DNA of 64,000 nt from a virus. The notes under the pieces are model-generated. The model was not told where the DNA came from and ran no database searches. It saw nothing but the letters and a program-made list of their open reading frames with translations. The stretch is from positions 628-64,627 of IMG/VR virus record IMGVR_UViG_3300018890_000001, one strand, 5' to 3'. Positions 18,401 through 26,667 of this stretch are shown piece after piece. The translations under genes were made by a program, and so were the position numbers. The stretch's first letter is position 1; the number at the start of each line of letters is the position of its first letter.

Positions 18401-19981
18401 CCAACCAATGTCGCCAAAGACTTGCTCCCCTTGAGAAGGGATTGATTCTTGGGCGATCGCCCGCTCAACCTTTGCTTTAGTTCGCTCAATTTTTTCCCCG
18501 CGACACATAGCTGAGAGCATGGCAAGATTGGCGCGACATTCTTCTTCCGACATTTCCAATGCGGGCGTCGTACGAGATTCTGTCACGACCAGAGCGGGAG
18601 ATCGCCCTTGGGCTTCTTCACTGGCTTCTTCGCTGGTGATCACCAATAGTTCTGACTGACAAGACTGAATTTGCGGTGTTTGATACTGGTGTAACTCTTG
18701 CAAAGCAGAAATGGCGTCCGCTGAAGTTGCTTTGCGCTTAGGTGTTAACCAAGGATCGAGCGCTGGATATTGCACTCCAACTTTTGCCAATCTCTGACAC
18801 TCATCGCGTAAGAACACTACGCGGTCTTTAATTGCTTGCCAAAGTATTTCCATCTGTCTGGGGCTTTCCAATAGTCGCCCAACTTGTATCGCAGCTTCTG
18901 CCGGCGTAGTACCCGGTTTTGACAAGTACCGCTCTTTAAGACACTGGAGCACTGCTTCACAAGGTACTCCCGGTTCTGCTTCCCACTCCCGACGATCGCC
19001 CGTCCCAATCGGCACCCCAGCTTTGAACTCTTCCCAGTAAGGGCTAGGCACGCCGTCGCGTGTCATGTTGCGGGCGATCGTGTACGCCCAACCTGACGGG
19101 TTTTTTTTGCCTGATTTTTCACCGTAAGCCTTGAGCTGTTCTTGGAAATCCTTGAGCTCGTTTTCATCAAAAGCAGACCCTACCTTAGTATAAGCGACCT
19201 CTGCTTTTATATAAGCGACCTCTGCTTTTATATAAGCGACCTCTGCTTTTATATAAGCGGACTCTACTTCTGGACTAGCGAACTCGACCGTCGCGGAAAA
19301 TTGATCCAATTTTTCAATCTCGGGGTTTACCCAAAAATCTTCTTCTTGATTAATAGGTGTGCAAATAACCTCATGTTGCACTGGTTCCTGTAATTCGAGT
19401 TCAGTCTTTAAACCGAACCCTTCCTTTTGATTTTCTTCTTGAGAATTTATTTCTTTGTCAAAACCGCCTTCTCTCTCAAGATTTTGAAGAGGTAGATCTG
19501 AAAAGGTATCTTGATATGATTTGTCGCCAGTTGCAAAATCGATATGAGCGTTTCCGTCAGATCGATTTGTCTGTTTTGAACAAATCGATAGCGGCGCACC
19601 TTCCAGCAGCTCAGTCAGCTTGTCATGGTTGACGCTGTAATACTTACACTGATCCCAAGAATGTGCTCGAAGCTTGCGAGTCACTACCAGCCCAATTGCC
19701 TCAAGTCGTGAAAATATGCGTCGCAGTCTCCCAGGCGTAGCCCAGATAAAGTTGCTGAGCCAGTCTATTTGCTTACCGTGAGACTTACTCAACTTTCTGG
19801 GATTGGTGCAGGCGATCGGGTTACGGATCATCTTTAATCCATCGTGGGCGATCGTCCCGCCCATCTGCGGATTCTCGACGCACCACTGAAGCTTGTTGAA
19901 GATTACTGCTTCTTCTAGACCGATGACGGCGGCTAGCTCTGGGGAAAAATATCCTAATTCGTGGGTCATGACATCCTCCAT
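18398..19981 (-). CDS. Replication initiator / replisome organizer-like protein (N-terminal winged HTH); likely start 19969
   Basis: LAAVIGLEEAVIFNKLQW...LRRIFSRLEAIGLV...DQCKYYSVNHDKL resembles phage O/DnaD-like N-termini. GGAGG lies 5 nt before ATG 19969. Confidence 0.65.
   Translation of the reverse strand: MEDVMTHELGYFSPELAAVIGLEEAVIFNKLQWCVENPQMGGTIAHDGLKMIRNPIACTNPRKLSKSHGKQIDWLSNFIWATPGRLRRIFSRLEAIGLVVTRKLRAHSWDQCKYYSVNHDKLTELLEGAPLSICSKQTNRSDGNAHIDFATGDKSYQDTFSDLPLQNLEREGGFDKEINSQEENQKEGFGLKTELELQEPVQHEVICTPINQEEDFWVNPEIEKLDQFSATVEFASPEVESAYIKAEVAYIKAEVAYIKAEVAYTKVGSAFDENELKDFQEQLKAYGEKSGKKNPSGWAYTIARNMTRDGVPSPYWEEFKAGVPIGTGDRREWEAEPGVPCEAVLQCLKERYLSKPGTTPAEAAIQVGRLLESPRQMEILWQAIKDRVVFLRDECQRLAKVGVQYPALDPWLTPKRKATSADAISALQELHQYQTPQIQSCQSELLVITSEEASEEAQGRSPALVVTESRTTPALEMSEEECRANLAMLSAMCRGEKIERTKAKVERAIAQESIPSQGEQVFGDIGW
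19189..19259. repeat. 21-bp direct repeats x3 plus a partial copy (TATAAGCGACCTCTGCTTTTA), iteron-like
   Basis: Exact copies at 19189, 19210 and 19231, partial at 19252; encode (AYIKAEV)n. Confidence 0.9.
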
Positions 19982-20060
19982 GAGTTTCTCTGAAACTCGC
20001 TGATGCCTGCCGGATGGAAACTAATTAAGCGTGTAATACGAACAACTATTTTTTAGTGAG

Positions 20061-20089
20061 TTGACGCTTTTACAATTATTCGCTATAAT
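20061..20089 (+). promoter_or_regulatory. Near-consensus sigma70 promoter for a predicted antisense RNA
   Basis: TTGACG-N17-TATAAT with no + strand ORF downstream. Confidence 0.75.
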
Positions 20090-20095
20090 GAAGCG

Positions 20096-20164
20096 AATAT
20101 GGTAAATCAATTTTCGTTGAGTTTCTTTGTTTCGCTATTCCGGCAGGCTTAGCGATTTTTTTTT
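20096..20164 (+). ncRNA. Predicted ~70-nt RNA antisense to the rep leader
   Basis: Consensus promoter upstream; terminal hairpin TCGCTA-N12-TAGCGA followed by T9. Confidence 0.6.
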
Positions 20165-20210
20165 GTCTGCGTGATCTGATACTTGGCAGAGTATACAGAC
20201 TGACGATCCT

Positions 20211-20238
20211 ATTGTACGCGATTTTGGCTCAGGCGCAA
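20211..20238 (-). promoter_or_regulatory. Putative rep promoter
   Basis: Minus strand TTGCGC-N16-TACAAT, embedded in the repeated GGCTCAGGCGCAAG motif. Confidence 0.5.
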
Positions 20239-20276
20239 GGGCTTTCTGAGGAGTTCTATACCACGGTTTCAATAAA

Positions 20277-20311
20277 AAGGGCGCACATCTAATATATAGA
20301 TGTGCGCCCTT
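20277..20311. terminator. Terminator hairpin
   Basis: AAGGGCGCACATCTA / TAGATGTGCGCCCTT. Confidence 0.75.
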
Positions 20312-20316
20312 CGTCG

Positions 20317-20976
20317 TTAGTCAGGGAATACCGACAGTTCGCCAGCGGCGACTAATCGCAGTGCATCCATAACTTCTTCATTTGGCGAAAAGAAGAATTT
20401 TGCCAATGTTGGACACATTCGAGACGCTTTCGGGCCTGGAAAGATCAAATCTGGGCATATCCAGCTAGTAAGGCTACGCGAGAAGCGGTAAGAACTTTTG
20501 TCCCAACTCGCTTGATCTAGCGAACCTTCACCTCGATCAAATATGTCAAGTAGCTTTTTCGCCAAGGAGACTTCACTGCTTTTGTCGGCAAGACCGATCA
20601 CCCCTGCTAGGATAGCGCCAGTCAAATCAGCCCCACTTAAATCTACAAGATGCAAATTAGCATTGGTCAAATTAGCACTTCGCAAATTAGCAGCTAGTAA
20701 ATTACAACTGCATAAATTTGCATTTGTCAGATTTACCTCTACAAGGCGTGTGTATTGTAAATTAGCGTCCATCAAGCTACTGTTTTCCAAATTTGCTCTA
20801 AACAGGATCGTGTAGAGTAGGTTTGCTTCTTTTAAGTTGGCTCCCGACAAATTCGCGTGACGTAACGTGGAGTGGGTTAAGTTTGCTTTGCACAAATTAG
20901 CGTTACTTAAATCTGCACGATCTAGCTGTTTTTCAGAAAGATTTGCCGCTTCTAACTCTTTGGTTGTGATTATCAT
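20317..20976 (-). CDS. Pentapeptide repeat protein with C-terminal extra domain
   Basis: About 120 aa of A(N/D)LxxA repeats followed by about 90 aa of non-repeat sequence. Confidence 0.9.
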   Translation of the reverse strand: MIITTKELEAANLSEKQLDRADLSNANLCKANLTHSTLRHANLSGANLKEANLLYTILFRANLENSSLMDANLQYTRLVEVNLTNANLCSCNLLAANLRSANLTNANLHLVDLSGADLTGAILAGVIGLADKSSEVSLAKKLLDIFDRGEGSLDQASWDKSSYRFSRSLTSWICPDLIFPGPKASRMCPTLAKFFFSPNEEVMDALRLVAAGELSVFPD

Positions 20977-21064
20977 TTAATTTTGTTGAATGACTACATC
21001 AATATATTACAATTTATTACGTACTAAGTAAAGTGATTTCTGTGATTAAGGTATGATCGATTTT

Positions 21065-21179
21065 GGTTCAGGCGCAAGGGATTTCCAGGTGGTCTTGCAC
21101 CTGAGTTATATAAAAGAGCGGGGGATCGATAAATTATCGATCGCCCCCTTTTTATTCGTAATCTTGGCTCAAGCGCAAG
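21065..21179. repeat. Inverted repeat unit (14-bp arms, 15-bp spacer), terminator and extra half-site
   Basis: GGTTCAGGCGCAAG-N15-CTTGCACCTGAGTT, hairpin at about 21112-21153, then GGCTCAAGCGCAAG at 21166. Confidence 0.8.
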
Positions 21180-21195
21180 TGATATATCTTTGCGA

Positions 21196-21573
21196 TTAAC
21201 TGAATTTAGCTTTTGCGGCTTGTACCGAGTCTTTAGCTTGTAAAAGTTCGATTAGACACCTTTTGAATTCGCCGCGCTGGACTTGAAATTCAATTTTTTC
21301 TGCAATATTTAACTCTTCGGTAACATTTCGTAAATCTCTAGTGAGTTGACCGCTAGTATTTTTGTTACTCCGAATTCGTAACCAAATGCTTGTTTCTTCC
21401 TCAGCCGCTAACAGGGGAGGATGCAGATTAGCTAGCCTTTGCGTATCGATAACTGTGAGATTCTCACCGATTTTGTTGCACTCCTGTTGTACTGTACCAG
21501 GTAAGCTTTCGACTTGCTGGTATAGCGCCATAATAAAAGCTTGAAAGATTTCGTCTTGTGTATCTTGCATCAT
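21196..21573 (-). CDS. Cyanobacterial-type hypothetical protein
   Basis: 125 aa; FQAFIMALYQQ..SLP..VQ.....IG motif. Confidence 0.65.
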   Translation of the reverse strand: MMQDTQDEIFQAFIMALYQQVESLPGTVQQECNKIGENLTVIDTQRLANLHPPLLAAEEETSIWLRIRSNKNTSGQLTRDLRNVTEELNIAEKIEFQVQRGEFKRCLIELLQAKDSVQAAKAKFS

Positions 21574-21617
21574 AGTTTTTGGGAATTTTGACAGTAGGTG
21601 TGTGTGAATTTAGGCTC

Positions 21618-21721
21618 ATTGTACAAGGTTTTGGCTCAGGTGCAAGGTATTTTCAGATGGTCTTGTACCTGAGCCACAAAAAGAGCGGGCGATCGATAAT
21701 TTCGATCGCCCGCTCTTTTTT
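21618..21721. repeat. Inverted repeat/promoter unit plus CGATCG-core terminator
   Basis: GGCTCAGGTGCAAG-N15-CTTGTACCTGAGCC (21633-21675); minus-strand TTGCAC-N16-TACAAT; hairpin GAGCGGGCGATCGA/TCGATCGCCCGCTC. Confidence 0.8.
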
Positions 21722-21775
21722 ATTGAGTGATTTTACGCAGGTAATTTCATCGCCTGCATAAGCGTTTTACATTTT

Positions 21776-22114
21776 CTAGGGTGTACGGAATTTTACCGTT
21801 CCAGTTTCCACCCAGGGGGCGTCCCATTCTGTGACCAGCTTTGATAATCGCACCGCTACAGCTTCAATGTCTTGCGGCGAGCGCATAGGAATGCGTTTAT
21901 GTAACGTGCTGGACGCTCGATAACGATCTTTTGGTCCAGCCTCGATAATTTCGTCTAGTGACATTTCAATCACAAAATTGATATTTATCGAGCAATCACC
22001 AGTCGGCACATGAGGTGGTTCCATATCTAACTGTTGTAAGATAGATATCAATGTGAATATGCCAGAAATCTTGCTATTAACGTTGAATGTGTTGAAGATA
22101 AGTTTGAATGACAT
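21776..22114 (-). CDS. Hypothetical protein
   Basis: 112-aa ORF. Confidence 0.55.
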   Translation of the reverse strand: MSFKLIFNTFNVNSKISGIFTLISILQQLDMEPPHVPTGDCSININFVIEMSLDEIIEAGPKDRYRASSTLHKRIPMRSPQDIEAVAVRLSKLVTEWDAPWVETGTVKFRTP

Positions 22115-22279
22115 AACGTTGCATTTTTTGTGTATAATTTAGTCTGCCATAATAATAAGTAGATAAATGTTGTTTTATTTTAAATTAACTTATTGAAAGT
22201 AGCTACAGCGCAAATACATTTGCCGACAGTAGCCAAATATATTGACGCATACATAATTTCTTGGTAAGATTAAATAGTA

Positions 22280-22723
22280 GTGATCCAATCAATAAAAGTC
22301 ATGACAAATCTTACAGCAACAATTTCAGAAACAAAACTGATTGACGTAAAAGGGCGACTTTCTAAGGACAGCGATAAATTCGTCGCCAAATGTGTCCTCA
22401 TTGATTTGCGTACTGGAGAACACGTAATTACGATAGAGTTCCATAAGTGGCGAAACTATCGATGTGATGTTTTTATCCAACACAAAGCTACGGGACTGCA
22501 CTTAGTGAGCACTATTAGAGATAGCTCTAAGGCTTATGCCTTGGTTGCGGTCTTAAGAAAAGTAGGGATTACGTTTGAGCCACGGATTTGGGATATCTGT
22601 CCTGATGTTCACAATTCAACACCGACTGACTTGGTGATGAATGCGATCGCCAATACCCTGGCAATACCCCCAGAAAGTAGAACAACCGTTTTGGCGGAAG
22701 CCGAAAACATCAATGCCCGTTAA
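22280..22723 (+). CDS. Hypothetical protein
   Basis: 147 aa; promoter TTGACG-N17-TAAGAT at about 22243-22271; terminator downstream. Confidence 0.7.
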   Translation: MIQSIKVMTNLTATISETKLIDVKGRLSKDSDKFVAKCVLIDLRTGEHVITIEFHKWRNYRCDVFIQHKATGLHLVSTIRDSSKAYALVAVLRKVGITFEPRIWDICPDVHNSTPTDLVMNAIANTLAIPPESRTTVLAEAENINAR

Positions 22724-22747
22724 TCTCTAATTCTAAATAGAATACAG

Positions 22748-22787
22748 AAAGCCCACGTATTTTAAAAGCTTAAAATACGTGGGCTTT
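22748..22787. terminator. Bidirectional terminator
   Basis: AAAGCCCACGTATTTTAA / TTAAAATACGTGGGCTTT. Confidence 0.8.
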
Positions 22788-22871
22788 TAGTTTTGTCGAT
22801 CACCTCTTTGTTAGACACTCATAGTTTGCTAAAATAAGACCGATCACCCACCAATCGTAAAGGAGCTTTCT

Positions 22872-23120
22872 ATGTCAGTAGATGCAGGTACAGTACCAGA
22901 ACTCGCACACCATCGACTCGATACGTCGGGAACACTGATGACCGTCGAGGCGGGTTCAAGCTATGACGAGCTACGAGAGAAGCTCATATCTGGTGAGGTG
23001 AAACTCAATTTTAGTTATCTGCCACCACGACCGATCGAACTAAAGAATCTCAATATCGGTCCAGCAGCGCGCCCGTTAGTCGATCCGAACAAGACACCAG
23101 AGCGTATAATTTATTTGTGA
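22872..23120 (+). CDS. Small hypothetical protein
   Basis: 82 aa; AAGGAG RBS; own terminator. Confidence 0.65.
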   Translation: MSVDAGTVPELAHHRLDTSGTLMTVEAGSSYDELREKLISGEVKLNFSYLPPRPIELKNLNIGPAARPLVDPNKTPERIIYL

Positions 23121-23132
23121 ATCAGTTTTAAC

Positions 23133-23178
23133 AAAAAAAGGGGGTGATCGGATTAAACTCCGATCACCCCCTTTTTTT
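23133..23178. terminator. Bidirectional terminator, CGATC-core family
   Basis: AAAAAAAGGGGGTGATCGGA / TCCGATCACCCCCTTTTTTT. Confidence 0.8.
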
Positions 23179-23244
23179 TATCATTGACGATTTATACGTT
23201 TGTTGTTATACTAAATCATGTAGTTGATTTAGTTTGGTGATTTC

Positions 23245-23514
23245 ATGTGTAATGAGATAGAAAGGACAACATTAGTCACACTCACGAACTTCCGCTTTCG
23301 ACCAGTTGATGTTAGATGGGTGGAATTAGAGGTTCAAGCACCATTTTCTAAGAAACGGCAAACAAAATTACAATTACGTGATGGTAAGCTGTTTGTGTGT
23401 GAAAGTGATGCCCCAGGTTATAGTGAAGACGTAGCCACTATAAGATTTACGACCGATCCAGATAATTGGATTCGTGGCGAACGTAACCTGAAGGTCGCTG
23501 AAGAAGAAGTGTAA
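23245..23514 (+). CDS. Hypothetical protein
   Basis: 89 aa; promoter TTGACG-N17-TATACT upstream. Confidence 0.65.
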   Translation: MCNEIERTTLVTLTNFRFRPVDVRWVELEVQAPFSKKRQTKLQLRDGKLFVCESDAPGYSEDVATIRFTTDPDNWIRGERNLKVAEEEV

Positions 23515-23523
23515 TTTCTGGTA

Positions 23524-23569
23524 TAAAAAGAGTGGGTGATCGAAGTTAATCGATCGCCCGCTCTTTTTT
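23524..23569. terminator. Bidirectional terminator, CGATCG-core family
   Basis: AAAAGAGTGGGTGATCGA / TCGATCGCCCGCTCTTTT. Confidence 0.8.
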
Positions 23570-23588
23570 TAGCATCCGTGAGTAGGTA

Positions 23589-23837
23589 TTATTCCTTTCC
23601 TGTGTTGCCTAATTTAGTTTTGACTAACGATTGAACTCTTTGTGTTATCGTCGCTCGAATTGTATTCGCGATAGATGCCGTCTCTAATAGGGTTTTCCCA
23701 TCCGTGCTTAACCCTACTTTTATCTTATGTTTTAATTCGCCATATTCACGTTCTAATTCGCAAAGCTTTGCTAAGAGCTTCACAAAAGTGGTTTTCTTGT
23801 CTTTCAGTAAATCTTTTGCTTCTTCAATGTAGCTCAT
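23589..23837 (-). CDS. Small helical hypothetical protein
   Basis: 82-aa ORF. Confidence 0.55.
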   Translation of the reverse strand: MSYIEEAKDLLKDKKTTFVKLLAKLCELEREYGELKHKIKVGLSTDGKTLLETASIANTIRATITQRVQSLVKTKLGNTGKE

Positions 23838-23886
23838 TGCATTACTTGTGTGAGATTAAAGCTCAACACCTAATAAATATAGTATC

Positions 23887-23932
23887 AAAAAAGAGTGGGC
23901 GATCGACTGACTTCGATCGCCCACTCTTTTTT
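23887..23932. terminator. Bidirectional terminator, CGATCG-core family
   Basis: AAAAAGAGTGGGCGATCGA / TCGATCGCCCACTCTTTTT. Confidence 0.8.
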
Positions 23933-24314
23933 ATTTCTCTGATTCCCGCCCGAGGAACTTGACTTCGTAGTCGTAGATTATTGAGCGCCAACCTTCAATT
24001 TCGTATTCAATTGCCCACGATATGCCGTCGATTATTTGCCAATAGCCCAAGTAATGCCCAGGAATGTTTATTTCTTTTTCAACCTCTTCTACAGCCTGTT
24101 TAGTGTACGGATAAATTGCAAACGTTTTTTCCCAGGCTGTTTGTGGATTGTTGCGTAGGTCTTTTGCGCTTTCACAAAGTGGAATATCATTAACCGCTTT
24201 ATTCTCAAAAATATTAGCGGAGTAAAGCTTCTCTGCCAAAAGTGCTTGTTCGTAAAGCCTAAGAGCGCCCGCATGAACGTGTGGTACTGACTGTGTATCT
24301 TTTTGCAATCGCAT
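23931..24314 (-). CDS. Hypothetical protein
   Basis: 127-aa ORF divergent from the exonuclease gene. Confidence 0.55.
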   Translation of the reverse strand: MRLQKDTQSVPHVHAGALRLYEQALLAEKLYSANIFENKAVNDIPLCESAKDLRNNPQTAWEKTFAIYPYTKQAVEEVEKEINIPGHYLGYWQIIDGISWAIEYEIEGWRSIIYDYEVKFLGRESEK

Positions 24315-24394
24315 ATCCAGTGACTCTAATTTTTAATAGATTTTACCATAAATACATATTCGTGTATAATGGTATTGTCCTAATATGGCTGTTG

Positions 24395-24913
24395 ATGGTT
24401 GTGATATATTTTATAGACACGGAATTCATTGAGCCAGTTGAACCAGGCGAAATTGATTTGATCTCGATCGCCCTCGTTGACAAAAATGGACGTGAGTATT
24501 ATGCAATCAGTAACGAGTTCGATCCAAGCAAAGCTAACGAATTTGTGAAGGAGAATGTGTTACCAAAACTTGACGATTCAAGCACTTGGAAGTCGCGGGC
24601 AGTCATCAAGCAGGAACTGTTGGATTTCGTGGTTGGAGATGGCGAGGGGATCGAATTTTGGGGTGAATATTCAGCTTATGACTGGGTGGTTTTCTGTCGG
24701 ATATTCGGAAGTATGGTTGACCTGCCACCTGGGTATCCTTATTACTGCAATGACTTAATTCAGTGGATGAAACAGTTGGGATTGGGGCAAATTCCAGTTC
24801 CGATAGAGTCGACAGAGGTGCACAACGCTTTATTCGATGCTCGCTGGAATAAGAAAGCTTATGCTTTTCTCGAACAGAAACAGTCCGAAATTCTTCGAGG
24901 TTCCGGACTTTGA
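24395..24913 (+). CDS. DEDDh 3'-5' exoribonuclease (Rv2179c-like)
   Basis: YFIDTEFIE...LISIALV...EYYA...WGEYSAYDWV...HNALFDARWN. The TM-like N-terminus in the ORF track (from 24281) is probably spurious. Confidence 0.85.
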   Translation: MVVIYFIDTEFIEPVEPGEIDLISIALVDKNGREYYAISNEFDPSKANEFVKENVLPKLDDSSTWKSRAVIKQELLDFVVGDGEGIEFWGEYSAYDWVVFCRIFGSMVDLPPGYPYYCNDLIQWMKQLGLGQIPVPIESTEVHNALFDARWNKKAYAFLEQKQSEILRGSGL

Positions 24914-25254
24914 TGACGTTTCTACCTCAAGACACGGAACTGGGGACGATCGCCTTGATCGAGATTTACATTTATTACGATCGCCCGTGTTTCTTCTCGT
25001 GTCTCAACGCGGAGGGGAAATATTTCCTAGCACTTTGGATTGACGAGACTTTGAAATCCGATCGCTGGCTGTATGCGCCTGTCGCTAAAGCTGTGTTAAA
25101 TAACATTCAAGCGCCTGACTTTAATTTTAGAAGCGCGTTTCAGGATGCTGCGGGCGATCGTGTTTTTGATGTTGAAGTTTTCAATGATGGGCGATCGTCT
25201 AATGTAACCATACTAAACTGTTCTGAATTGTTAGATGAATTATTACCGATTTAA
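24910..25254 (+). CDS. DUF6575-like protein
   Basis: YIYYDRPCFFSC.N..G.YFLALWIDE.....WLYAPV; TGATG coupling. Confidence 0.6.
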   Translation: MMTFLPQDTELGTIALIEIYIYYDRPCFFSCLNAEGKYFLALWIDETLKSDRWLYAPVAKAVLNNIQAPDFNFRSAFQDAAGDRVFDVEVFNDGRSSNVTILNCSELLDELLPI

Positions 25255-25271
25255 TTGTCTCCGTAGAACAG

Positions 25272-25673
25272 GTGTGTTATGATTTGTTCATCCAATCAAA
25301 ATGTAGTAGGTTGATTATGCTTTATGGTGCGCTTATAGGGTGGGACGCAGAGGTTCCCTTTATACATTACTCTGCTCAAGATGCAACAACGGAAAGAGTT
25401 GTTTTCGGACAGCATGACGATCAGTTGAAATATACCTATGATGATCGATTAATGCAGTGGAATTATAAAAAATGGAAATCTAGTAGAGAGTCTGTAGAAC
25501 TACCTGCGGGAACCCCACGGTATTGGCAAGAGGTTTTACGAAAATTCTGGGACGATCCTGAATTGGAATTAGGTTGTATTATTACAGCCGTCAATCAAAG
25601 TAATGGGTTTCAATATCTAATCTTTGGTTGCAAAATCTCTGAAAAACCAACGCAAGCAGTCAGTAACCCATAA
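25272..25673 (+). CDS. Hypothetical protein (likely start MLYGAL)
   Basis: Y.DRL.QW...KW...YW...LR.FW.DP..ELGCII motif. Confidence 0.65.
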   Translation: MCYDLFIQSKCSRLIMLYGALIGWDAEVPFIHYSAQDATTERVVFGQHDDQLKYTYDDRLMQWNYKKWKSSRESVELPAGTPRYWQEVLRKFWDDPELELGCIITAVNQSNGFQYLIFGCKISEKPTQAVSNP

Positions 25674-25722
25674 AAATATGAGGTGATCTCAATACTGAGA
25701 TCACCTCATATTTTTATGGGTT
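25665..25722. terminator. Bidirectional terminator with 27-bp arms
   Basis: AACCCATAAAAATATGAGGTGATCTCA-ATAC-TGAGATCACCTCATATTTTTATGGGTT. Confidence 0.8.
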
Positions 25723-26146
25723 ATTCTAGGCAATCGTCGCCTGTAGGGATTTCATCGTCACAGCTAAAGCCGTTAAAATTCAATAGCTCGTTTCCGTTAA
25801 AGGTGACGCTTGTGACTTCAAGCGTGTCGTTTAGTGACGTTAGATCGCGCAGGTATTGAATCGCACGACCGTAAACGTCGGCATCTGTCCAAAACGCTTT
25901 AACGTGATCGCGTCCTTCGCGACCTGCGTTCTGGATGACACCGAACGGTTTCCCTTCAAACCAAACACTCGCGAGCTGCCAGTATCGACGGTGATCGAAA
26001 TTAATCCTCCTGACGATTCTTGTTTCTATTTTTGTGTTTTCAAGATCGCAATCAAAATATTCCCCAATGTGTTGGAGAAAATTGTACAAATGGAGATTTG
26101 TTGATTCCGGATTTAGTGTGTAAAGCTGCTGAATGGTAATACGCAT
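25721..26146 (-). CDS. Hypothetical phage protein
   Basis: 141 aa; WQLASVWFEGKPFGVIQNAGREGRDH motif. Confidence 0.7.
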   Translation of the reverse strand: MRITIQQLYTLNPESTNLHLYNFLQHIGEYFDCDLENTKIETRIVRRINFDHRRYWQLASVWFEGKPFGVIQNAGREGRDHVKAFWTDADVYGRAIQYLRDLTSLNDTLEVTSVTFNGNELLNFNGFSCDDEIPTGDDCLE

Positions 26147-26263
26147 TTGGTTTTATTGTGAACATCATAGATATTATACAATTGTATTTACTGTATACCA
26201 ATATATTTATTGCTACAAGCAAGATAAGATTGTATAATAATTGTACTTTATAAAGTAAAACGA

Positions 26264-26611
26264 ATGATTACTGCAACAAGTAACGAATGGGGTACGGTTA
26301 AAGTGAATGGTCTATGCAACAAAGGTGAGCAATTTGGTGATCCTTGGTTAATAGTCATTGGCAATGGTGGGTACACGAGTCTTTGTTTAGTCGTTATTGC
26401 TAACGATGCTGATGAAGCGATGGACATCTATGCGGATTCTAACTACGTTCATTTGACACAAATGGCAACACCACCACCTCCAGAAGAAGAAGACTGGTAT
26501 AGCCAGTTAGGTAACTCTGGGGAATGGCACGATTTGTCCTATACGACTAGAAATAGTTGTGTTCGTTGCACTGTAAATTATTTTGCGAAGGCCGACAGTT
26601 TGAGTTCGTAG
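26264..26611 (+). CDS. Hypothetical phage protein
   Basis: 115 aa; VIAN.ADEA.D.YAD...LGNSGE motif. Confidence 0.7.
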   Translation: MITATSNEWGTVKVNGLCNKGEQFGDPWLIVIGNGGYTSLCLVVIANDADEAMDIYADSNYVHLTQMATPPPPEEEDWYSQLGNSGEWHDLSYTTRNSCVRCTVNYFAKADSLSS

Positions 26612-26621
26612 ATCAATCAAC

Positions 26622-26657
26622 AAAAAGCCCGACAGACGAAAATCTGTCGGGCTTTTT
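26622..26657. terminator. Bidirectional terminator
   Basis: AAAAAGCCCGACAGA / TCTGTCGGGCTTTTT. Confidence 0.8.
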
Positions 26658-26667
26658 CATTGGTTGA

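Noticed and set aside
18323-19259. CRISPR array (heptamer and 21-bp repeats)
   Set aside because: The repeats are directly tandem with no unique spacers, and no cas genes are present.
24281-24394. Membrane anchor on the exoribonuclease
   Set aside because: The extension overlaps the divergent gene and AT-rich promoter DNA; the domain starts at about 24395.
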